Shown: positions 25,701 to 37,053 of the stretch, piece after piece
Numbering within the stretch: the stretch's first letter is position 1
Layout of the letters: each line of letters opens with the position of its first letter
Assembly: GCF_003704095.1 (NCBI RefSeq)
Contig: NW_020846063.1
Coordinates: forward strand, 558,001-622,000
Direction: 5' to 3'
From: Pocillopora damicornis
Taxonomy: Eukaryota
Length of the DNA stretch: 64,000 nucleotides
Translations under genes and position numbers: made by a program
The notes under the pieces: generated by a model
Told to the model about the DNA's origin: nothing
Databases searched by the model: none
What the model saw: the letters and a program-made list of their open reading frames with translations, nothing else

Positions 25701-28464
25701 ATCACCGATGGAATACGTCAAAACTTTGCTATATGTTTAGGTAACAGTATGCAAAATGCAATTGGCAAAATGGCATTTCCCTTAATGAAGTTTCTAAACA
25801 TATTTTGGGACATACTATTGTACGTATTTGAGTGATTGAGCCAAAAGTACCAAATCAATTATCTGAATAAGTTAATCAAATATGTATTTTTTTTTACTAA
25901 ATTTACTCAATGCGACCTAGTCTAAATGGTTGCTTTTTAGGAACAATCAGAGGTTTACTTACTGCGATTGCACTTCTTTCATTTATTTATGCTTTTCCAC
26001 TTTAATTCACATTCCATCCACTGGTGATGCAGTTAGGACACCATCTAACTGTCACCATCTGTCCCTCTTGAGCCTGAAACACAAGTTTGAAACATTACAT
26101 TGTCAAGAACATGTTTCATATATTATTTCATACCACAGGTGACCCAGGGCCCAGAGGTCCCAAAGGATTGAATGGAATGAATGGTACCCAAGGTCCAGCG
26201 GGTCTTCCTGGTACCCCTGGAGTTAAAGGAGACAGGGGAGAAGTAGGCATTCGAGGGCCTAAAGGGGACCCAGGTTGGTACTGTAGTGAACTGTTTCTTC
26301 AATTGTAGGTTACAGGATTTGTGCCGTTTTGTGGATTGCCTCTTTGAAACTAACACACTGGCTCAATGGGGCTACGTAATGACGAGGTAGGACATTAGAA
26401 GACCTTGTTCCAGCCCTGCAAGGCGTCCCTGATTGTGTTCACGGTTGTGACATTTTACATTCAAAGTTTTCTTTTTCAACCCAAAAGTGTAAATAAACAC
26501 TAGCAAACTGCTAGGGAAACGTAACGAAATATTTAGGAGTGACCTGTGGTGGATCTGCATTTATTCAGGAAGAGAAGCAATATTTCACGTTACTTCACGC
26601 TATAAAAATCAGAATGCACCTCAGCTACGTGGGCCTTCTGGTGCTGTTGTGAATAGTCTCCGTGAATGTAGTGCATTAGTTTTCTCCCTTCATCCGGGGT
26701 CTAATCGGTGGTGGGTGGAGAGGAAACATGTATTTCTTTATCTAAGGCATTCAGAGTTTTTTCTTTTTTCTGTTTCTAACAGGACCACCAGGAGCTTCGG
26801 TGAGTGTGCTGAGGATTTCAAGGAGCTACGTCATTGTATTTTGAGTAATTTTAGACATAGTGAATTTTCTCAAAGTACAGTTCAATTTTAAATAAATAGT
26901 TTGCCAAGGAAGAAAAACACTAAAGTGAGGTAAAAAATCAGCCAAAAACAGCTATTTGTATTTTGATTTGAATATTTTCTATTTGACTTTCTTAATAACC
27001 TCGCAACAATGAATAAATACTTCGTTATGTTGGATACTTGAAAATTGAACACTCTTCGGATTGGGGAGGACAAGTGGAGAACCCAACCAACCACGTCGTC
27101 AAAGAACGGTGAAATATACTGGTAGATCCCCNNNNNNNNNNNNNNNNNNNNNNNNNNNNNNNNNNNNNNNNNNNNNNNNNNNNNNNNNNNNNNNNNNNNN
27201 NNNNNNNNNNNNNNNNNNNNNNNNNNNNNNNAATCTACCATTCCGTAGCACTTGAGTCTGTTTGTGACTTGGTAGGCGACTTAGGCCCTTCGTTCTTTCA
27301 GACTGAGATTTCCCTTTTGAGTAAAAAAAGTCTGAAGAAGGGACCGTACTCATTTATGGTAGAATTTTATCATTTACCAGATAGCAAAAGGGTTTACATG
27401 AACTTTACGTAGATCGCTTCAAGTCACGCTTTTTTTAAAGATTTGTTTGAAGTTTAGGCCGATACACACGAGGAAATTACCCTGTATTTGATATCTTTCC
27501 ACGGAATGCAAATTTAGTTTTTTGTAGCTGTCTGATAGGCCTCAATGCAGAGATACTTTTCCGTGTTCCAGGCTTAAAGTTGAACATGTTTTGTCCACTT
27601 GTCACGTGGTCTTGATGCCGCCGGATCTGTGCCTCTTGCTGGTTCCTCAGACACGCCTTTTTCAACTTTGCAAGATTTGTATTGAACTTGTTCCCAAAGG
27701 CAAAAGGACATTGTATTTATCCAGGTTACTATTAGAACAATACCACGTGATCAAATGTTACACAGTAGTATGGGACAGAGAGAATACATAACCATTGACA
27801 GATACGTTCATTGATCAAATATATGACTAACTGATACAAGTTTCGTAGTACGCGATTCGTTTAAAAATCGTGATACCGATTCAGTTATTACAATGGTATT
27901 TAGGGAGGCCTTTCAAAGCATGTAAGAGGGAGTAAATTACACATCAATCGATAATGAGTGAAAATTTTCTACTGAAGTAACATAGTAGTGAAAATTATCA
28001 TCCCAATTGGTTTACTGGTTTCTCGAACATTCATGATCTCAATTTCTGATCACAAAATTTAGCAGTAATTTTTCCATCAAGATTGCGTTTATTTCATTTC
28101 AGTAACAAGACGCACGGTGAGGAACTGGCAATTGAAATACAGATCAGGCAGACTTCAGTTCGATCAAGGCTTCATTCGAATACAAATTGCTGGATTTTAT
28201 TTCGTGTACTCGCAGATGTTTTACCACGACGGTTTACCATACCAAGTCAGCCATCAATTGTTCGTCAACTCGGAAAAATTCATGGAAAGCACATCTGCCG
28301 TTATTAGCGAGGACCGAAAATATAACACAAACTACAACGGCGGTGTGGTGTTTCTAAACAGCACTGACACCGTTTCAATCCAAACTCCCTTTTCAAATCA
28401 CTATTTCATGAATCCCAGTTCGAGTTATTTTGGCGCATTTTTACTCCATGCTACTGTTCCTTGA
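22713..28464 (+). CDS. TNF-superfamily ligand 3, collagen-containing; exons 22713-22926 (or -22976), 24652-24678, 25274-25300, 25470-25556, 26139-26273, 26783-26799, [strand-A exon not found, probably in the gap at 27132-27230], 28103-28464
   Basis: [24 protein letters not shown] plus coiled coil; collagen exons including GRRGKKGKK; THD exon [35 protein letters not shown]...[20 protein letters not shown]...SSYFGAFLL. The exon 1 donor and the linkage across the gap are uncertain. Confidence 0.8.
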
Positions 28465-30585
28465 CCCACGGATAATGTTTTCTCGGTACAGACAGCTACA
28501 ATTCCATCATGTTTGGGCAGCGTCAATACCCTTATAGGCAACATTTATATCTTTCTGAAATTTTCTGTGACGAGAAACGTAGAAAGTTTGAAGAAACTGT
28601 CTACATTCAGCTGGTCACGACTCAGTGTGGTTTTCGCTAATTTTGATTGATCTTTTTGTAACCTATCTGCGAGATATCGTAGTTACACCTAAAGGAGAAA
28701 CTTCACGTGTATAATACTAAAGATTCAAGATTAAAGACCACTCGTCTATAACTGTAACACTGTTCCTTGTCATGTCAAATCCATAGAATTTTTAGGAAAT
28801 TTGTTGGTGTGTAGCTGTTTTTCAACCGGTGCAAACGTTATTCCTTTTAAGGCTTGATTGCTGCGTTCTCTAACGCAGAAATTGTCTTAGTTAATAGTTC
28901 ATTCCTGAATTTTTCGTTAACACAACACTTAACGGCCTATTACGAATGTTTCGTGGACTCGCCTTGTCTCAAAAGATGGTGTAAGTTAGGTTCTTGTCAG
29001 TATAGCTTACATAAAGTCCTTTGATATTCAAAGGTATTTGTATTATATTGCTTGCATTTTAGTATCACTTATTTTTTTTCAAGGAAGGAAATTGACTGCT
29101 ATGCAAGTTCACTTTTGATATTGTTGATTGGACGACTATACCCAGTATTGTTTCGGTACCTTTGATTTGGCTCGTTGGATTTTTAGAACTTATGGAGGTG
29201 TGCCAATCTCTCAATAGTGCTAGGTGCGATACCATGTTTTACATCATTTTGCTTAATACGTTTCTTAAACGGAAGAAAGCCCAGCCTATAGTTTTAAACT
29301 GATAAGCGAAAGTAAGAAAAGGATGAACATCACCAAAAGGAATGCAAATGGTAAAGTTTCAAGAACATGAACCCAGTTTATAACTAACAAAAATGAAACT
29401 TAGGCAAATTCAGTCAAGATGCGCAAGTATCTTACATGAATTTCACCTTACCATTGTGTTAAAATACTGAGTCAAATATTTTTTAAGTTTTTCGGTAATC
29501 ATTGTTTTGGTTATATGTTTTTATTAAATATTTGCTGGAATCGAAATAAAGTAAGCTTTTACTTACGTTCTGCCTACATGAATTTATAACATATACCCCT
29601 TCCACCTTCTTGCATACAATAAACTAAGCTCATGCGCTTCAAATTCAAGTTATATAAATCCTAGGAGAGATGCAAAATAGTGCGATGTATATCTCTGTGG
29701 TACTGCCGTGTGTGTACATTTTTTTTAATTTTGTAGTTTCAGTTGATGAAACAATTATCACGCGCCTTTTCAAAGTTCATTATATTTATTTCAAGAGAGG
29801 GATTTCCCCCGAGAAGTAGTGCTTAAGGCTGGTGTCTGATTGGCACTTGAGGCCAGACCAGTTGACTCCCAAAATCTAAGCATAAATTCTCCAAACTGTG
29901 TGCCATACATTTCCCACAATCTTAGATCTGAGAGTTTGGAGCTAAATCTGGCAATATCCCCTTGTTGCCATCTTTCTTTTTCTCTCAATACCTTTCTGTA
30001 CGAAAGTATCGATATCGTAAGGAGAAATCAATTTTCGATCATTCCAGGAACACAAAATAAGACTAGCGTCTCCTGTCTTCACTTTCTAATTTGGAGTTAA
30101 GAAGAAAACCAGCAGCTATTTGCATTTTCTTCGTAATCTTTCGAGTTTAACCATCATCGATAACAGAATGTGTCACATAATCATTTATTTTCCTTTTGCT
30201 TATATATATGTGCGTTTTCTGTTTTTTTTATCACAAGTTTCCCATGAGTGACCTATGTTTAACGCGATATTCTTGCCAAGATAAACTTTGTATATTCCAA
30301 TTATGTTTTGGTCAGCCTGAAGCAAAGTAACATTTCATTGAGAGAAAATTTGTAACTAATCCAGCAGAACTGGAGACATATTCGTTGTTACCTGATAATT
30401 ATTTCAAGTTTTGCTACCGCAAGGAATAAGGTTTCTTCTTTTTGCATAAAAATTTTAACCATCTGTTGACGTTCTACAAACTAGCGGAGTAAGGGAACAA
30501 AGAGAAGAGCGGGAAGAGGGAGGGGAGACACAGTAGACTTGTGACGTCATTGTGCCAAAATTTACTGTGATTGTTTTTTACACAG

Positions 30586-30947
30586 CAAGTATTCTTATAA
30601 CCAACTGGGTTGTACGTAATAAGTTGGGCTATATTCACTACGACAGAGGCTTCATTACAGTCGTCAAAGCCGGACATTACTTCATATACAGCCAAATGTA
30701 TTATCACGATGCTCGGACTAATGTGATGGCTCACCACACATACATCAACGATGAAAGGGTTTTGGAAAGTGTGGGGAGCGCTCTTACCGACAAGACGAAG
30801 TTTAGTACCAAATACCACGGTGGAATGTTTCTGCTCAAAGCCAACGACACCATCTCTGTTCGTATACCGTACGTTCGACATTACAGCATGAAATCTGGTG
30901 CCAGTTTCTTTGGAGCGTTCTTGTTGTATTCTGGTGAATCGAACTGA
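30586..30947 (+). CDS. Orphan terminal TNF-homology-domain exon (intact)
   Basis: Acceptor ttttttacacag, phase 1; ITNWVVRNKLGYIHYDRGFITVVKAGHYFIYSQMYY...FSTKYHGGMFLLKANDTISVRIP...ASFFGAFLL*. No TM or collagen exons were found in the gap-free interval 28465-30585. Confidence 0.85.
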
Positions 30948-32933
30948 TTTAACTGAAGGATAGGATGTCCCGAATGACGATAGACTTCCTCAAAGCTTTC
31001 ATTACTTTATCATACAGATATTAACATTGCTGCTGATCTGTGGGCATTTTCACTTATTATGTGTTTAGTGTCTTGTCTTTGTATTTGCTAGTGTCCAGAT
31101 TGGTGGAAAATGGATTAAAATTTGTGTTCTCAGTCAAATAATTGGAATGTATATCACAATACAGTCACAAACTACCATAATACTTAAAAATTCCGTCCAA
31201 CCTGCCACTAATCCTACTTCAAATCAGCTCTTTATTTAAAAGCTTACCATGTTCCGTGTTATACAACAATTCCTTTTGTGGATTTTCTGACCATTTCCTA
31301 AAAAAAAATATTTTTAAAAAACCTGCTTTCAATACAGTATCAACGTGTGAGTGAGGTAAAATAACTGAAACTACTAGATAAGTCTACGGTCTAATTTCTG
31401 CTTTCAGCGGTCCATTGGTATCTAAGCTTGGAATACTCGATTTCATTCACCAATCGTACATATAGCTGTTACAAAGGCGTCGTGCACAAAAATGACTAGG
31501 CCTCATTTGGTCGAAAGTTTAGGTCAGGGGCCTAAGCGCAGAATGAACTATTTGATATTGTTGTTGTTGAAGCTCTCATTCGAGAACGTAGCGAATTTTG
31601 TGTATGATTCAGGTGTAGGAGGTCACTCTATGTCACGCCCGTATCAATATTGTGTGACTTATGTCACAATCTTCCCATTGGCTTATCAGCAATGCGTTCA
31701 TCCTGTTTTATCGCCGGCTCTTATACATTCTTGTATACATTATTCGATTTTTTTCTTTATTGTCATTATTTTTGTATTTTGCGGTATTCCGGCTTGTTCA
31801 GGTCTTCCTGCCTGTTTCAGTGTTCCTACTGGTTTTGGTTTTCAGGCTTGTCTGGGTCTTCTGTCGTGTTCCGGTATTCCGGCGTGATTTTGAAACACTC
31901 ATATCTCATGAGGGATTTTGTATTTGTTTGCTAGCTAATTGTTGTTACAACAACAACGTCAAACACAAGAGTGCTGTGTTCTTATCGACCAATTGCTGTC
32001 CTTGTGGAATGATGGTGCAAAATTGAGCCTGAAAATTTGATCGTGGAAACTTTTCAGCGCGCGAAACAAACCGTTTTCAAAGGGCTTACCGTGGAATGCG
32101 GATGTTTTAATTTTGCAGTGAATTCATGAACAAATAAATTCCCTCATCTTCTGTAACATTAGCAAAACTCTCTCTCCTAACTTGAATCAACTTTAAAAGA
32201 AGACTTCCACCGTATTGGAAGCACCGCCATTCCCCAGTTCTAGCAGATAATATTCGGTTCTAAACCAATAGCGCCCGAGCGAAAATATTTGATAGATTTT
32301 AAGACTCAAGATTATGCGATCGTAAACTTTTCTCATAAACTTCTAATCTTTTAGATTAGGTTTTCTGAGATTTTGACCGATATTGAAAAGCTTTCAGCGT
32401 AAATCACGCAAAAATCATTCACACTAAGACTTTGCTTATAATACCCCTATTTCATCTGAAACATGTCCTGATCGATGGGACTACCCATATTTGGCCAGAG
32501 GGGCAAATGTTGACGGAAATAGTAATGCGTTTCATATACAATTGGGGACACCGATGTGTCAGGCTCATTTTGAGAGCAGCCTGGGTTATGGTAAATAAAA
32601 GTAAGTTAACGTTGACACAATGAGAATCTATTTCGATGGCACAAACGGACATTCTTCCAGGTTTTAAAGGACCCATGTTATCATCACCACACCCAGCCAT
32701 CATAAGTCAATCCTTCCTTCCTTCTTTTGTGAACCGACACTGAAATAGAACTCTTAAAAAAATTGATATTAATCCTCCAAGCGAGGAAGACGAACAAATT
32801 TCCTTATCTGTGGAATACGATATGGCCTTTCATTGAAACTATCTATGGAAACAGCAGGGTATATAACTTGTGTAGTACGGCTACCGCTCATTCACTTCAT
32901 CTACCCGCCCTGGTCAGATTATCGCAGCTCAGA

Positions 32934-34605
32934 ATGGAGAATCCACAGAATACGAAGAGGGGCTCTTCTCGTCAGACACCAGCTCGGTTGATTTATTTCT
33001 GTGTTTTCTTGTCAATCGTTGTTTGTCTTTCTTTTGCATTAAGTTTCTACTCTTTTAAGCGCGTGTTGTCGCTCGATAAAGAATTCCATTCGATAAACGA
33101 GCTGAAAGTCACGGGAGAAGACCACTATTCCAGCTCGGATAGTAAGGTGACTGAGGGAAAGGTAAGTGAATTGTTGATAAGAGCTTGAAACCAAAAATTC
33201 CTCAATTCACTGATCTGAGGGTTTCCTAAAAGAAAATAAGTTTGGAAAAACTGTACGCAGTATCTGAAGTCTGGACGATCACAAGTATGAGAGAGAACAT
33301 GAAGGTGATAAAATTAGATTTGTAGAGAACTGCGTCTTAAAAGTTGCTACGTGTTGGTAATAAAGGGATTTGTCGGAGGCCAAGATATACAGGGGAAACT
33401 GTTGAAATTATTACCAAAGAATTATCGTCGAGTTTTATTTCCTGTTCTAGATGGGTTTTAATTTTTTATCTGAATTGTTTCACGATGATTTTGCGATTGT
33501 CCTCAATATAAGAGACATAACATAATTTTAGTTCAACAAGATAAATCACACATAAACAAGGAAAACCAATCAGACTGCACAAGGATGGTTACGGTTACAG
33601 AATTGAGATGAGGTGGACATGTAAATGAATGATTATCGAGCTTCCTATCGTAATGAAGCAATTTTTATCATATCTACAGAAGAAAATCATGTAGTTATTC
33701 CCATTCAAGTCTACTATGAACTTATTGTTTGTGTCGAAACGCAGTTTCTTCTCCATGCCTACTGAGTCTTTGCTCTTTTTGATATCTTTGTCAGGAGGTG
33801 AATAAACACGGTAGCAGGAAACGTCGCAACTCTACCTCTTACAAGGTAAACGATTTAAATCCAAATTTCGCTTAAAAATAGTTTTGTTCATCATTTCTGT
33901 GGCAAGATATGTTTGTTTTCTTTTCGTAGACTCCCGATAACATCCTGCTCTATGGCAATGGAGATACAAGTATCCTGCCAGGTAAGTTATGTCAAATAAA
34001 CTATATCTCGATAAATATTGTTAGGTGTACTCAACTTTTAGTCAAGAAAAGGGGAAAATTCATGCTAATATATGGTAAAGACAAACCAGCCTTTCCCCAA
34101 ATGTTACTAGGAAACCTTACGAATAGGAAATCCTTCTTAATTCCCTTAATGATTTGTGCCTGTCTCAAAAGGATTTATCACATTCAGGTTTAATCATGAA
34201 GACAGCAATAGAGACTACTATCATACCCATTACGTAATTTTTTTTGTAATTCAAGAAACGCATGCCATCACGAAATGGACCGAGGCAAACAAAAATGGAC
34301 GCAACATAGTTTATCATTCCAGTGTAGGCCTCGTCGAGGTGATGAGAGATGGACTGTACTTCATTTACAGCCAAATGTGCTTTTCTGGAAACAGAAATCA
34401 GGACATGGCCGGCCATCGCACTTTTATCAACTTCGAAGAAAAGATGACAACCGTGATTGACCGACAAAACACAACAGTGGCCTGTCGCTATCATGGCGGC
34501 GCTTTTTATCTGAATGCGAATGACAAAATCGCCGTGAAGCCAACAGCGACTGGTCAATACTACATGTCAGAAAAGGGCTCATTTCTCGGAGTCTTCCTTA
34601 TCTAG
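32934..34605 (+). CDS. TNF-superfamily ligand 4 (no collagen); exons 32934-33161, 33795-33845, 33930-33981, 34256-34605
   Basis: MENPQNTKRG...TM LIYFCVFLSIVVCLSFALSFYSF; furin site SRKRR; 52-nt strand-A exon TPDNILLYGNG; THD GLVEVMRDGLYFIYSQMCF...RYHGGAFYLNANDKIAV...GSFLGVFLI*. Confidence 0.88.
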
Positions 34606-35005
34606 AACCACCCGAAAACGTCAGGTTATTTTTCTCTACTGAGAACTGTCCCAGATTTTGTTGTTTGAAAACTCGTTAACGCGCGTTAAAACCTTAACAA
34701 CGATAAGCATTTCAGATGTCATTAGTGCAACACAGTATTAAAAAGAGCAGAAAATAAGCCTGTAGTTCTTTCTTGCGGTCACTTCTTTCTGTTAGACACC
34801 ATGATGTGATATTCTACTTCTAATGCAATAGCACCATAAGCAGAATAAAAACATGTATAACCAAACGACCGGTAATACATTTAGGAGGAGTTTAATTTCC
34901 TTACGACTCGACCGAACTCTTCTATTTACATGTCATTGCCAGTAGTTTCTTAATAAAGTATTACGAACAAGATACATTAAGAACGAAACAACTAATTACA
35001 AGATT

Positions 35006-35155
35006 GGAAATAACAAAGGAAATACGAATAACAGGAAATACGAATAACAGGGAATACGAATAACAGGGAATACGAATAACAGGAAATACGAATAACAGGG
35101 AATACGAATAACAGGATATACGAATAACAGGAAATACTAGTAACGAAATAAATAC
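35006..35155. repeat. 17-bp tandem repeat (gaatacgaataacagg[g/a]), about 7 copies
   Basis: Directly visible. It produces the spurious repetitive ORFs at 34961-35209. Confidence 0.9.
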
Positions 35156-36361
35156 GAGACACTCGACGACAGGGCAATTTACGGGACGATTTTGGAATAT
35201 AGCTGGCATAAGAACGTACTCGCCATTAAATTTGAACTCGCACTCACACCTTTTATTTGCATGATCCGCGCGAAAGTCAATCTCATGATGAATAGCCGCG
35301 CGGACTGGGGCTAGGAGGGGATTGGTTTCTACGAAATGTGTACATTTTGCTCAAGTTTATCTTTGGTTCTAAGCAAAATTACAAACAAGACGACATTAAG
35401 AAATATTTAGAGGAATTTGAGCATGCGCCCCTGCCGTCAAAGAAGACTGAGGAAAGTTGCCATAAAGTGATACTCCACACGTGTTAGCTTGTAAAGAGCA
35501 GAATGTTGAGTGCTTACCTTCAACGGCGGATTCAACCCGCTCAGTTGCGTCCCAGATTTTTTAAACATGTTTCACTCAAGCTTTTACCACTTTCTCACCA
35601 AATCTGTAATGAATAAAGATGCATGGCACTTTCAGTTAAGTTAAATCGTAGTGAGCTAAATTCTTATTTTTCAAAACTATACTAGTCACCATCTTCCACA
35701 GTTCAACGTCAAATCTGTTAGTTTTAGTTAGTATTCAAAGTGGAATTATAGATCATTTACGGATGTTTTGAAATAAGAGACTCTAATATTGGGGGCTCTT
35801 AACGATAAAATGACCTTTCCCATTTCCTCTAAATTCCCTGCGATAAACAAACACAGGAACTCTGGTAACTCAGGGGAGGAAATATGCAAATGTCTAATTC
35901 AGGGACATGCCGGCTAAGTTCGACTACGCCAGAAACCTGAAATTTTTTATATGGTCTCTGATGCACAGCAGGCCATGTGTTGGGCCGAAATGGAAATGAA
36001 AAAACAAAATTCGGGACTGTATGGGTCATCCGACTTTTACGCTTGTCGAGTTTGACCAGAATTCCGGCCGTTTGAAAAGTAAATGTGTTTTTACTTCCCA
36101 TTGATAACTGTCCCTGAATTGCTCAGAAACTGAAAGAGGAATATCTATCGAAAAGCGCCCTTTGCCTTCGTTCAAAACTTCCGAAATTGGCAGCCAGCCC
36201 TTTCTTTCACTTTTTTATTCAGTGGTTTTGATTCCTTTTAATAGAACATACTGTAATACTCTAGAAATAATAATGCGTATCATGAGCTTTTTATTGTATT
36301 TTGTATTTCACATTATTAATTCAATTGATGAAACCAGTTTATTGTGTAATATCCCCATCGA

Positions 36362-36396
<35 letters not shown>

Positions 36397-37053
36397 GAAA
36401 TATTTGGGTTGATTCCCGGCACTGTTACTTTATTTGAGGTCTGATAAGATGCTATTTCAAATCCAATTAAGATATTTTGATTTTTCCCTGCAAAGGCCAA
36501 AAGTGTAAGACAGGTTTTCGTTTCAGACGGAAAAAGTGGAAATAATTATAAATAAACCTCGTTTTAATCATCAATGCATTACTCACTGGGGACTCCGACT
36601 CATTTTGAAAGTATAACAGAGTATAGTAGAGAGATAAAATCAACAATTTTATGGTGAGAATCGATTTTGATCGCACATATCAACATTCTTTTAGATTTCA
36701 AAAGACTTGTCTTATTAACGCCGCAACCATTCTACCGTGATAATCTTTCCTTCCTTACTACATAGTTTCTACACAGTGGAAACTGATATTACCGGTAATT
36801 ATTGAATGGAACGATTAGAGAACAGAAACTCAGGAAGACACGAAAAAAAAAGTTCCCTAAAGCTGTTTCCCTCTGAATCGAAATCGTTCATCTATTTATC
36901 TATTTTTGTCACTTATGGTTTGACAAAGGAAAGCGATAATAGCCTTTAATTGAAACTGTCTGGGGAAACAGCAGGGTATATAACTAGTACAGTGCGACGG
37001 CTACCGCTCATTCACTTCATCCACCCGCCCTGGTCAGATTATCGCAGTTCAGA

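Noticed and set aside
30002-30050. ESIDIV stretch resembling the strand-A exon (ESIHLVG) upstream of the orphan THD exon
   Set aside because: There is no AG acceptor (ctgtac) and no suitable GT donor, and the similarity is too short to support.
31492-32026. Overlapping hydrophobic/Cys-rich ORFs
   Set aside because: They overlie low-complexity T-rich and gttccgg/gtattccgg-like repeat sequence; all three frames look similarly unstructured.
34961-35209. Repetitive ORFs and a possible CRISPR-like array
   Set aside because: A simple 17-bp tandem repeat without unique spacers, in a eukaryotic context with no cas genes.
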